This document shows positions 8,884 to 16,795 of a stretch of 32,000 nucleotides of DNA, one piece after another. The position numbers were made by a program, and so were the translations under genes. This stretch comes from Pyrobaculum calidifontis JCM 11548 (GTDB lineage: Archaea > Thermoproteota > Thermoprotei > Thermoproteales > Thermoproteaceae), in assembly GCF_000015805.1 (NCBI RefSeq), contig NC_009073.1, positions 1,380,001 through 1,412,000 of the forward strand, in the 5' to 3' direction. Each line of letters starts with the position of its first letter. Position 1 is the stretch's first letter. The notes beneath the pieces were generated by a model. The model was given only the letters and a program-made list of their open reading frames with translations. It made no database searches and had not been told where the DNA came from.

Positions 8884-8910
8884 GGGGAGAAAAAGGGAGG
8901 GGGTTTATTT

Positions 8911-10068
8911 TTACTGTGCCCTCCTCCTCAGCGCCAAGAAGGCGCCTCCAAGCAACGTGGCAGTGGCCAAGAGGGCGACTAGCGACAAGTTAGGCGCCAC
9001 GCCGCCGCCAGCCGCCTGAGCCGCCGGCATCACAATCTTGTGCGGGTCAGTGAGAGAGTTAAGCACATCGGCGGGTATGCCTATCTTCCACACGCCGCCC
9101 ACCTCCATCACCTTAGCCGTGCCAAGCTGACCCTGGTAGACGAAGTGGCAGTTGAAACACGCAGCAACGCCTGGGTTAACGGCCACTGGCAAGTAGTAGG
9201 GAGCTCTTGAATATGGCGCATATGGAGCTACCAATATGAAGTCGCCAGTGTGTATGTCAAATACGCCCATGACAATAGTCTCGCCATTAGGCGCCTCCTC
9301 AGTCAACGGATGCGTCCTGACACTGGGGTTCTTCAGCACGGCGCCAGATGCAGTACCCCACTCATAGCGGAATATACCAGCTTGCTCTAAAGCACTGAAG
9401 AAGTCTGTCTCAAGGAAGTCGGCAGCAGAGCTCTTTGCTTTTACTGTGCCGTTGGCATACTTATCGTAGCCTACAAGTAGCGCCTTTACCGTAACCTCGC
9501 CCTTGCTCTCTAGAAGTTGCATCAACGACGTCGGCGCATTACCACTGAATGTGTATGTGCCTTCTGGCGTACCTTTGAAACATATGTACACGTTCCGGAA
9601 GTCTAGAGTGGGCTTGGCGCCGAAATAGCCCGGCGTAGCGGTAGATAATCTGGGCACATAGAAGTATATACATGCAGTGTAGCCGTCTGTTGGATTGCCG
9701 TAGCCCACGTGTGCTACTGCGTGACACGCACATCCATACGAGTTCAGAAGACCGGAGTGCACATTACCGGGGCCGCTATTAATAGAGTTCCAAATAGCTA
9801 CGTGGCAGTTTATACACTTTTTCCATACGTCTGTACCCTTGAGTACTTGGTGGCTCCAGACACACTCCTGCTGGCTTGGGTCACAAGCGCCAGCGGCCGG
9901 CCCGCTAGTTAGTCCGGAGAGGGCTTGGCTGTTGGCCGTTCCTGTCGAGTTTGAGTGGCAGGAGATGCAGTTTGTTGGGTGGTTGTATGAATAGGGCGGG
10001 CCGTACGTTGCTGCTACGAATACTGCTAGTAGTAGTAGCGTTGTAATTAGCGCGGGGAATTTCTTCAT
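8911..10068 (-). CDS. Secreted multihaem c-type cytochrome with a C-terminal membrane anchor (3 CxxCH plus 1 CxCH)
   Basis: Signal peptide MKKFPALITTLLLLAVFVAA. CxxCH motifs: CISCH, CINCH, CFNCH. CxCH motif: CACHAVAHVGY. C-terminal anchor LVALLATATLLGGAFLALRRRAQ. It is a single-module paralog of 3570..4976, sharing the CxCHxVxHV and CFNCHF blocks. Confidence 0.8.
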   Translation of the reverse strand: MKKFPALITTLLLLAVFVAATYGPPYSYNHPTNCISCHSNSTGTANSQALSGLTSGPAAGACDPSQQECVWSHQVLKGTDVWKKCINCHVAIWNSINSGPGNVHSGLLNSYGCACHAVAHVGYGNPTDGYTACIYFYVPRLSTATPGYFGAKPTLDFRNVYICFKGTPEGTYTFSGNAPTSLMQLLESKGEVTVKALLVGYDKYANGTVKAKSSAADFLETDFFSALEQAGIFRYEWGTASGAVLKNPSVRTHPLTEEAPNGETIVMGVFDIHTGDFILVAPYAPYSRAPYYLPVAVNPGVAACFNCHFVYQGQLGTAKVMEVGGVWKIGIPADVLNSLTDPHKIVMPAAQAAGGGVAPNLSLVALLATATLLGGAFLALRRRAQ

Positions 10069-10101
10069 GTGAGATGAGAAATTTTTGGGTATTTAAACTT
10101 T

Positions 10102-10167
10102 TGTATTTGTCAAGTACTTTTTTTATGTTTTTTGTACACTCTGTATTTTGTGTGTACATTTTGTATT
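10102..10167 (-). promoter_or_regulatory. Hexamer cluster upstream of the trihaem cytochrome gene
   Basis: TGTATT (10102-10107)-n5-AGTACT (10113-10118), with the latter starting 45 nt from the ATG at 10068. Two further copies of TGTACA-n3-TGTATT lie at 10133-10147 and 10153-10167, a 20-bp period. A TATA-like TTTAAATA (plus tatttaaa, 10090-10097) is present. The distal copies lie in the last codons of ORF 10110..11918. Confidence 0.5.
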
Positions 10168-11918
10168 CGGCGTAGGGCTGGGAATAGGAGTGGGGCTAGG
10201 GCGACTAGCGCGGGGGCGTAGGGCGGCTCTTCTTGGCGTTGTGGAGGCTTGGGTAGCGCCGTGACTTGGGCGTGGGGCTGGGCGGGGGCTTGGCTCCAGT
10301 TGGCCCACCTCTCTGCTATTTGACAAGCGTGTACTCTCGCCAAGTAGAGTAACTTGGTCTCGTTTAGGGGAGCCGCGGCGGCTATGGCCAAGTTTTCTCG
10401 TAATGAGACTTGGCCGTCTGGTCTTACGACGTGGCTCAGCGCGTCTAGGTAGTGTAGGTATTTTACGTCTGTGGTGTTGGGGAAGGCTGGGTGTAGGGCG
10501 AAGTAGGTGAGGGCGTAGGCCAACGCCTCTATGTAGTAGCCCAGGGCCGCCTTGTAGTTTCCCTGTCTCATTGCTATTTCGCCTCTGGCGTAGTTGAGGG
10601 CGGCGTTTCCCACGAGTTGTGGAGATATTATGTCTGTGGCTTTTGAGTACATGTCGGCGTATCTCACTGCCTGTTCTACATATCTGCGGAGGCTCGCCGC
10701 AGCCTTCTCTATGTCGTATGGCTCAGCGCTGTGTGTATAGTAGAGGAGGGATTTCCATAGGTAGTAGACTGCTTGTGCATATTTGTACGCGGCCTGCGCG
10801 GCGCTGTCTATAAAGCCCATTTTGTAATAGGCATAGTCGAGTCCAGCGTCTCGCATGTAGACCTGGGCCGTGTGTATATACATGTGGGCGTATGCCATGT
10901 CGCACAGCGGCGCCGTGTTGTTAGCCACAGCGTCTGCGAGCTCAAGCAAGGCGGCTAGGTATGTGGCTATCTCTACCTCGGCCCCCTGTGGGTCTGTCAG
11001 CATCCTCACGTAGAAGTACGGCGTGGCCGCCTCTGCTATTGCGCGGGGGAGGGCCTCTGTGGCGAGGTCAGTGTTGTTCTTTGCCACTTGTACATAGGCC
11101 AGGGCTTGGGCGGCGCCTCGCCTTAGCACATCTGCGTACTGTGGGTAAAGCGCCGCGAGGCGGAGGGTCTTGTTTACAAAGAGGAGGGCCTCTTTTTCAA
11201 CTGCGTCTATTGGCGTGGCGCTGTTTAAGACGGTCTCGGCGGCTTGGCCCAGCCTCTCTAGATTCGCCGTGAGGTTGTAGGCGGCCCCCGCGGCGATGGC
11301 TACGGCTTGGTATATGTTGCCCACTTCTTCTACTGGCACTATCTCGGCCAGGGGGAGGGGCCTCCTCTCTACTCTCTCTACCAAGGCGCCGTAGACGCCG
11401 TAGAGCTTGGGCTTCCACACTATTTTGTAGTCGTAGTGTTGGAGGACTGGGTATACGAAGAGTTTGAAGCCGTACTGCCTGGCGCCCTGGGCCTTTTCCA
11501 CGAGGCCTCCCACGAAGTCTACTACGCCGCCGGGGGCCAGAGTCCCCGTGTAGATGATCGACGCGTTGAGGGGGGTGTGCGTTATTGCGCTGTACGCCGC
11601 CACTGCCACTGTCAGCGATAGGCTTGTCCCCACTAGGGCCCGCGAGGCGTTTAGCGGGTTTATCACCACGGTGTAGTTTAGGGCGAGGGGGTCGACTCCC
11701 GCCGCTATTGCGGCTTCCCAACACGCCGAGATTGTGGAGTAGTAGAAGGTTAAGTCGTAGTAGTCTAGGCCCTTGATTTCAACGGTGCCGTTGCCTGGCC
11801 CCACGTACACCGCCACTTGGACTGGCACTGCCCTTCCGTCGTAGATGGCTAGCCCATACGCCGTCCCCTGGCCGTAGGCCAAGGCGGCTAGTAGGAGGAG
11901 GACTAGCGCCCGTGGCAT
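10110..11918 (-). CDS. Secreted protein with an N-terminal Lon-like (S16) peptidase-type domain, an Ala/Tyr-rich helical (TPR-like) repeat region and a C-terminal anchor
   Basis: Signal peptide MPRALVLLLLAALAYG. LVGTSLSLTVAVAAYSAITHTPL and TGTLAPGGVVDFVGGLVEKAQGARQYGFKLFVYP resemble the Lon proteolytic-domain blocks (G-x-S-A-G...; TG-x-I-x-x-G-x-V-x-P-V-GG-x-x-EK...G-x-K-x-x-x-x-P). Candidate Ser and Lys residues are retained. The helical repeat region includes GNYKAALGYYIEALAYALTY. The C-terminal hydrophobic stretch is ALVALAPLLFPAL followed by a basic tail. Assigned by motif recollection only. Confidence 0.5.
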   Translation of the reverse strand: MPRALVLLLLAALAYGQGTAYGLAIYDGRAVPVQVAVYVGPGNGTVEIKGLDYYDLTFYYSTISACWEAAIAAGVDPLALNYTVVINPLNASRALVGTSLSLTVAVAAYSAITHTPLNASIIYTGTLAPGGVVDFVGGLVEKAQGARQYGFKLFVYPVLQHYDYKIVWKPKLYGVYGALVERVERRPLPLAEIVPVEEVGNIYQAVAIAAGAAYNLTANLERLGQAAETVLNSATPIDAVEKEALLFVNKTLRLAALYPQYADVLRRGAAQALAYVQVAKNNTDLATEALPRAIAEAATPYFYVRMLTDPQGAEVEIATYLAALLELADAVANNTAPLCDMAYAHMYIHTAQVYMRDAGLDYAYYKMGFIDSAAQAAYKYAQAVYYLWKSLLYYTHSAEPYDIEKAAASLRRYVEQAVRYADMYSKATDIISPQLVGNAALNYARGEIAMRQGNYKAALGYYIEALAYALTYFALHPAFPNTTDVKYLHYLDALSHVVRPDGQVSLRENLAIAAAAPLNETKLLYLARVHACQIAERWANWSQAPAQPHAQVTALPKPPQRQEEPPYAPALVALAPLLFPALRRIQNVHTKYRVYKKHKKST

Positions 11919-12607
11919 CTGGCGCAGTCTAGGAAGTCGGCTGGGCTAAAGCCCATGGCTCTGGGCCCGTGGCACCCTATGCATGGGACTCCCTTGCCTG
12001 CGCCTATTTGGCAGTCTGGCCCTATTGGGACATACCACCTGGACCACGGACTGTGGCACTCTAGGCATACCTCGTATTTGCCCATGTCTACTTGGGCCCA
12101 GGCGGAGTCGTGGAAGACCATGTGGGTGTTTAACACTTTGTTGTAGTCGTGGCAGGTCTGACATCTGGCGCTTGTGGTGGCGGAGTCGTGGGGGTTGTGG
12201 CAGAGGGTGCAGCTCTTTAGCCTGTCTGCCAGCTGGGCGTGCGCCTCGTGGATGTTTAACTGGGAGAAGGACTGGGCTGTGTGGCAGGTGAGACACTGGT
12301 CGAACATGGGCTGGGCGTATCGCGCCGCTATTTGTTGGGGAGTTGGGTTTTCCACTGCTTGTACGTAGATCCAGCGGAGTAGGTCTATGGAGTGGCAGGT
12401 GGCGCAGGAGGTTCCCCCATGCGGCGTATTTTTAATGTTGGCGATGAAGGGGAGCATGTTGTGGCAGGTGGCGCACACGGCCGATGACCCGGGGTCGTAC
12501 CTCAAGTACAGCCAAAAGCCGACTCCGGCGACCACCGCCGCGGCTAACAACAGCAGTGCCACAGTCCTGGGAGTAAGCGCCTTTCTCAGCCGCTGTAGCC
12601 TACCCAT
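11903..12607 (-). CDS. Membrane-anchored octahaem c-type cytochrome, NapC/NirT/NrfH-like
   Basis: N-terminal TM (TVALLLLAAAVVAGVGFWLYL) and eight CxxCH motifs: CATCH, CATCH, CLTCH, CTLCH, CQTCH, CLECH, CIGCH, CARCH. It overlaps both neighbouring genes (8 nt and 16 nt). Confidence 0.8.
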   Translation of the reverse strand: MGRLQRLRKALTPRTVALLLLAAAVVAGVGFWLYLRYDPGSSAVCATCHNMLPFIANIKNTPHGGTSCATCHSIDLLRWIYVQAVENPTPQQIAARYAQPMFDQCLTCHTAQSFSQLNIHEAHAQLADRLKSCTLCHNPHDSATTSARCQTCHDYNKVLNTHMVFHDSAWAQVDMGKYEVCLECHSPWSRWYVPIGPDCQIGAGKGVPCIGCHGPRAMGFSPADFLDCARCHGR

Positions 12608-14222
12608 GGCCCGCCAGCCTCCTTATTAAAATTGCAAGTATGGCAATGAACGGAAAAATCGCCGCCGTCAACACGTCTCGCGTCTCTTTGGGGGCTAGCT
12701 GGGGGTTTTGTGGTAGAGTTAGTACATACGCGTACCCCGACTCTACTTTGAAGGCGGCGAGGTTGTCGCCATAGAGGTAGAAGACGAGGTAGACGTAGTC
12801 GCCGGGGGGCATTGGCAAGAGGTATCTAAGTCTCACTGTGCCGTTTATGTACCCGGCGTAGCGGCCAGAGTTTGTGGAATTGAAAAGCGTCGTGGGCGGC
12901 AACGGGATGAGAACCCCGCTTTTGTTCATTAGTAGGATTGGCCATAGCGCCGTCTGTCTTAGGGGGTCTCTAGGCCTCGCTGTCACGTTCATTTCGACGT
13001 AGGCCGCCACGGCGTTGGGGAGGCGGGGTATTTCCAGTCTCATGAGGGGCTGCGGCTGTGTTAGCTGTATGGAGTAGTAGTGGGGCACCACTAGGGGTGT
13101 CTTTTTCTCCAGTGTAATGGGCTGGGCGGGTACTTGGGGCAGTTGTACCACGCCTTTTTTAACTACGCCGGGGCCTGTGTATACGACTGTGACATTTCCG
13201 CCTGCCGTGGCCTCCAGCGGCAAGAGGCGTATTGTCAACAGACTGGGCTTGGCCACCTCTGCAAAGAGCGTGGCTGAGAGCGCGTGTTCTAGGGCGAGCC
13301 CCTCTGGCGACACTGTGTCGTTTAATAACACGTCGTATTGTACTCCCAGCGCCGTCTGTCTAATGCCCACTACTACTCCGGCCAGCGTCCTGTATTCCAC
13401 CGTGGGCGGCTGTATTGATATAGGCCCGGTGTAGTTCATGGGGTATATGGCGTAGCGGTTTTGAGGCCCGGCTATCTCCACTTTGAAGTATGTGACGTTG
13501 CCCCACGCCTTTGACGGCTCTAGGAGTATCTCTCCGCCGCCGCTTAAGTCCTTCTCCACGGTGACGTTGCCCACGTTCAGCGTTACTTTTACCTGTATGT
13601 ACTTGGCTAAGTAGTAGTAATAGGGCTGGTACGCTATTCTCAGGGCCTTAGACCTATTGAAGCAGTACCATGAGACTATTTTTAGAAGGCCTATGTCTCC
13701 CCCGTATTTCCCGGCTAGGTCTATTTGAAGCCAGTTGCAGAGGTCTACCACCCGCGTTTTGACGTTGAAGGCTAGGGCGCGCCACTCGGGGGTAAAGACT
13801 AGGCTTTGCCCAGCCCTCTTGGCCGCCTCTGCTATGTCTAGGTAGTACACGTCTTTTACCACGCCGCCGCGGGTCACCACTATGAAAGTGGCATTTAAGA
13901 ACTCCACCGCTGTTTCCTCGCCTGCGCACGCGTCCATGAGGGTTTGGCTGAGGGACAACGTGGCAGTGTTCTGCGGGTTTTGGAAAACGTAGTGCATCGT
14001 CTTCTCCCCCTTCGCTCCGCAGTTGAAGCGTAGGTGTAAGACGGCTATTGTGTAGACGTCTTCGCCTAGGTGTTGAGATAGGGCGGTGTTGTTTACCTTG
14101 ACTGCAACTACTACGTCTGTTACTATGGTGAGCGTGGTCTTGTTTACTACTTCTACCTCGATGCCTGGCGCCACTGTTATGGCTATGGCGAAAGGGGCAA
14201 TAAGTAGAACGAGGTATTTCAT
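12600..14222 (-). CDS. Secreted, heavily N-glycosylation-sequon-rich protein of unknown function with a C-terminal anchor
   Basis: The start is reassigned to the ATG at 14222 (MKYLVLLIAPFAIAITVAPG, a signal peptide). The ORF-track extension to 14351 runs through the TATA and hexamer promoter region. At least 13 N-x-S/T sequons are present. C-terminal TM AAIFPFIAILAILIRRL. No recognisable catalytic or cofactor motif. Confidence 0.6.
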   Translation of the reverse strand: MKYLVLLIAPFAIAITVAPGIEVEVVNKTTLTIVTDVVVAVKVNNTALSQHLGEDVYTIAVLHLRFNCGAKGEKTMHYVFQNPQNTATLSLSQTLMDACAGEETAVEFLNATFIVVTRGGVVKDVYYLDIAEAAKRAGQSLVFTPEWRALAFNVKTRVVDLCNWLQIDLAGKYGGDIGLLKIVSWYCFNRSKALRIAYQPYYYYLAKYIQVKVTLNVGNVTVEKDLSGGGEILLEPSKAWGNVTYFKVEIAGPQNRYAIYPMNYTGPISIQPPTVEYRTLAGVVVGIRQTALGVQYDVLLNDTVSPEGLALEHALSATLFAEVAKPSLLTIRLLPLEATAGGNVTVVYTGPGVVKKGVVQLPQVPAQPITLEKKTPLVVPHYYSIQLTQPQPLMRLEIPRLPNAVAAYVEMNVTARPRDPLRQTALWPILLMNKSGVLIPLPPTTLFNSTNSGRYAGYINGTVRLRYLLPMPPGDYVYLVFYLYGDNLAAFKVESGYAYVLTLPQNPQLAPKETRDVLTAAIFPFIAILAILIRRLAGHG

Positions 14223-14254
14223 GTGTCTGAATTTTGTAAAATTATTTAAGCACA

Positions 14255-14282
14255 TGTATTCAAGTTGTACACTTGTTATAAT
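14255..14282 (-). promoter_or_regulatory. Phased hexamer array TGTATT-n5-TGTACA-n5-TATAAT
   Basis: TGTATT 14255-14260, TGTACA 14266-14271, TATAAT 14277-14282, in exact 11-bp register. The central hexamer starts 44 nt from the ATG at 14222. A TATA-like TTAAATAA (plus ttatttaa, 14243-14250) is present. The array overlaps the stop codon of the upstream nrfD-like gene. Confidence 0.6.
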
Positions 14283-15253
14283 GGTTCTGGAATTCCAGCG
14301 TATACCACTAGCGTTCTTAGGGCTAGTGCGCCGAAGAGGCCGGCGACGCATCCTGCGTAAGTTAACTTGGGGCTGTGCCTAATTTTTGACAGCGCGGCTG
14401 TGGCGAGGGGGGTTACGATTCCGAGGCCGATTACGAAGACCCAGAAGATCGGCGCTAGCTCGCCCCACAGCACTGCGTGTGCGCTTTCTCTTGCCGCGAA
14501 TGAGGCGGAGTTTAGGGCGTTGTAGAGGAAGAGGAATATCACGGCGACTTCGCCTATTTCAAATAAGACGCCGTATTTCTCAGTGGTGTGTACTAGGTGT
14601 TCTCTGTCTAAGTGGTACATTCTTATGAGGGCTAAGGCCCCCGCCGTGGCGCTGAATATCCATATGGTGGGTATGCCGGGGATTCCCCAGAGCGTCGTGT
14701 TCCAAAACGGCACTGCCTTTGCTTCAGATATTAAAAAGCCGCTGTACAACGTCACCAATACTCCGATGGCCATTGCTAGGTAGTAGTACCACCTCTGTGC
14801 CAGTAGCCACGTGGCGATTTTGTCTAAGAGGGCTAGTAGTGGCGCGAGGGGCTTTGCCAAAGGCTGTGGGAGCGCGGCTTGGATTCGTCTTACTAGGTAG
14901 GGGAGTGCCCATATGGCCACTACGAGAAGCGCCAGTATTAACATGACTATGCCGAGTGCCATCCAGGAAAATCGCAACTCCCCCCTTAGGAATGGGAAGA
15001 GGAAGTTGTATCTAAGCTCTAGGAAGGAGTTCAACATGGCGAACATCATGACTGTGGGTGGTCTTGAGAGATCTCCCATTACGAAGAGGAGGGCAAGTAT
15101 GATCGAGGCCAGTAGCACGTAGGTCAGCGTCTCGTACCGTAGCTCCTCTCCCCTTAGCTTGAAAATTGACATGGCCACCATCCCCATGCCGACTAGCCCG
15201 GCGAAGAATAGGAAGGGGCCTATTAAGAAGGCGTCCCAATACTCCTGAAACAT
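14276..15253 (-). CDS. NrfD/PsrC-family polytopic quinone-interacting membrane subunit
   Basis: 325 aa with about 8-9 TM helices. It is a paralog of 17544..18416 (both begin ...EIW/EYW..LIGPFL... and end ...LRxLVxxAGxxEP). It is the last gene of an operon with two FeS proteins and a cytochrome. Confidence 0.7.
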   Translation of the reverse strand: MFQEYWDAFLIGPFLFFAGLVGMGMVAMSIFKLRGEELRYETLTYVLLASIILALLFVMGDLSRPPTVMMFAMLNSFLELRYNFLFPFLRGELRFSWMALGIVMLILALLVVAIWALPYLVRRIQAALPQPLAKPLAPLLALLDKIATWLLAQRWYYYLAMAIGVLVTLYSGFLISEAKAVPFWNTTLWGIPGIPTIWIFSATAGALALIRMYHLDREHLVHTTEKYGVLFEIGEVAVIFLFLYNALNSASFAARESAHAVLWGELAPIFWVFVIGLGIVTPLATAALSKIRHSPKLTYAGCVAGLFGALALRTLVVYAGIPEPL

Positions 15254-15954
15254 TACTCCTCCACGATGAAGAACTTGGGCTTAGTGTTTTTCTCTGGCAT
15301 TAGTACGTAGACCCGCTTGGCGGCGGCCAGCCTCTTTGAGATTGAGGAGTTGGGGTCGTTTATGTCGCCGAAGTCTCTTGCCCCCACTGGGCAGAAGGCG
15401 ACGCAGGCGGGGAGCCCCCCACTCTTTACCCGTTGGATGCACCAAGTGCACTTGGAGGGCGTGCCTTCTTTATTTATCCACCTGGCGTCGTAGGGGCACG
15501 AAGATATGCAGTACTTACAGCCGACGCAGAGGTTGTAGTCCACTAGCACAATGCCCCCGTCTTTATCGACGTAGGAGGCGCCAGTGGGGCAGTTGCGGAC
15601 GCAAGGCGCATCTTCGCAGTGTTGACACTGTATAAATATAAAGCGCGGCAAATCTCCGTGCTCTGTTTCAACTATTTTTGTATTTGCCTGAGGCCACCCC
15701 CACGACGCGTTTGGAGACTTGTCTCTTCCATAGTTTACCGCGTTGCAGGCAGCCACACAGGCTCCACAGAAGATGCACTTGGAAACGCTCCAGAGGAAGG
15801 CGTACTTTTTGCCTTGGCCGTCTTTGACTTGGCCCACTTCTACTGGCTGTAGTTTTAGCCCCTTGGCGTTGCTTTTCGACGGCAACAAGGATAGTGCAGC
15901 TAGAGCCACTGGCAATGTGAGAAATTGGCGCCTATTCATGGCCCCCCTCGCCAC
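15253..15954 (-). CDS. Tat-exported 4x[4Fe-4S] ferredoxin-type subunit (NrfC/PsrB-like)
   Basis: Twin-arginine signal MNRRQFLTLPVALAALSL. Four Cys clusters: CIFCGACVAAC, CQHCEDAPCVRNCP, CVGCKYCISSCP, CTWC...CVAFCP. Confidence 0.8.
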   Translation of the reverse strand: MARGAMNRRQFLTLPVALAALSLLPSKSNAKGLKLQPVEVGQVKDGQGKKYAFLWSVSKCIFCGACVAACNAVNYGRDKSPNASWGWPQANTKIVETEHGDLPRFIFIQCQHCEDAPCVRNCPTGASYVDKDGGIVLVDYNLCVGCKYCISSCPYDARWINKEGTPSKCTWCIQRVKSGGLPACVAFCPVGARDFGDINDPNSSISKRLAAAKRVYVLMPEKNTKPKFFIVEE

Positions 15955-16726
15955 TCTTCTCCTCGATGCGCGACTGGCGCCAGCCCACTAAGGCCATGAT
16001 CGCCACGGCGGCTGCGGCCGCCTCTATGCCTAAGTAGCTGATTGGCGGGAGAGAGCCTCTTTCTAGTGGGAATGAGAGAATTCTCTTAGTCTCCTCGGGG
16101 TCTTTCTTTCTTGCGACGTCGGTTAAAAAGGCGGAGAAGGCCTTCTCGTCGCTATACACGTACACCCAATGTGTGAGCTCTATGCCGTAGGTTTTCCGCC
16201 CCTTTTTCTCCTCTTTTCTTGCCTGGGCGTATATCTCCGATATGGGGCCGAATTTTAACGCGCCTGTTGGACAAGCCTCTACGCAAGCGGGCGGCTTGCC
16301 CTCCGCCGCTCTATCCACGCAGAGGTCGCATTTTCTATACCGTCTATCTGCTCCTTGTCTAGGTACTCCGTATGGGCAAACAGCGGCGCATCTCCCACAG
16401 CCTATGCACTTGTCTGTCTGAATAACCACGGCGCCGTACTCTGTGACAATGTGGGCGTCCACTGGGCATACCAAGGCACACACCGCCGAGTAGCAGTGGA
16501 AACATCTGTAAAGCATTGGGACGCTGGCATATTGCCTAAGTGAGAGCCAGTTAGTCGCAGTGAGAGAGGAAGGGGAAAAAGTTTTTGACCGTAGCTCATA
16601 TGCTGTGCCATTTCTAATTTTACACGCCTCTACACACTTTCCACAGCCAGTGCATTTATCCACGTCGAATAATATGCCATACTCCTTCCGCGGATTAGGC
16701 CACGACACTGGAGTCAGTTTGACCAC
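15932..16726 (-). CDS. 4x[4Fe-4S] ferredoxin-type protein with a C-terminal TM tail anchor (HybA/FdnH-like topology)
   Basis: GTG start. Cys clusters: CTGCGKCVEAC, CFHCYSAVCALVCP, CIGCGRCAAVCP, CDLC...CVEACP. No signal peptide. C-terminal hydrophobic helix IEAAAAAVAIMALVGW followed by a charged tail. Confidence 0.75.
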   Translation of the reverse strand: MVKLTPVSWPNPRKEYGILFDVDKCTGCGKCVEACKIRNGTAYELRSKTFSPSSLTATNWLSLRQYASVPMLYRCFHCYSAVCALVCPVDAHIVTEYGAVVIQTDKCIGCGRCAAVCPYGVPRQGADRRYRKCDLCVDRAAEGKPPACVEACPTGALKFGPISEIYAQARKEEKKGRKTYGIELTHWVYVYSDEKAFSAFLTDVARKKDPEETKRILSFPLERGSLPPISYLGIEAAAAAVAIMALVGWRQSRIEEKSGEGGHE

Positions 16727-16760
16727 GTAAAAGCTTCTTTTATGTTTATTTAAACCATTC

Positions 16761-16795
16761 TATTACAAATGTACACTTGGTATACATTGTGTACA
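16761..16795 (-). promoter_or_regulatory. Phased hexamer array TATTACA-n2-TGTACA-cttgg-TATACA-ttg-TGTACA
   Basis: TGTACA 16770-16775 starts 44 nt from the GTG at 16726. TATACA is at 16781-16786 and TGTACA at 16790-16795. A TATA-like TTTAAATA (plus tatttaaa, 16747-16754) is present. It has the same 26-nt architecture as 21486-21511. Confidence 0.6.

Noticed and set aside
8884-8910. Possible hexamer-array promoter between the trihaem cytochrome gene and the 438-aa membrane protein gene.
   Set aside because: The 27-nt gap contains an A/T stretch (ggtttattttta) but no TGTACA-type hexamer. The two genes are treated as co-transcribed, or as using a motif-less internal promoter.
14223-14351. N-terminal extensions of track ORFs 12600..14351, 18973..21543 and 22872..23897.
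   Set aside because: The extensions translate AT-rich promoter DNA (TATA-like boxes and hexamer arrays). They precede an internal Met followed by a textbook signal peptide, a Tat signal or the conserved FAH N-terminus. Starts were moved to 14222, 21441 and 23780.
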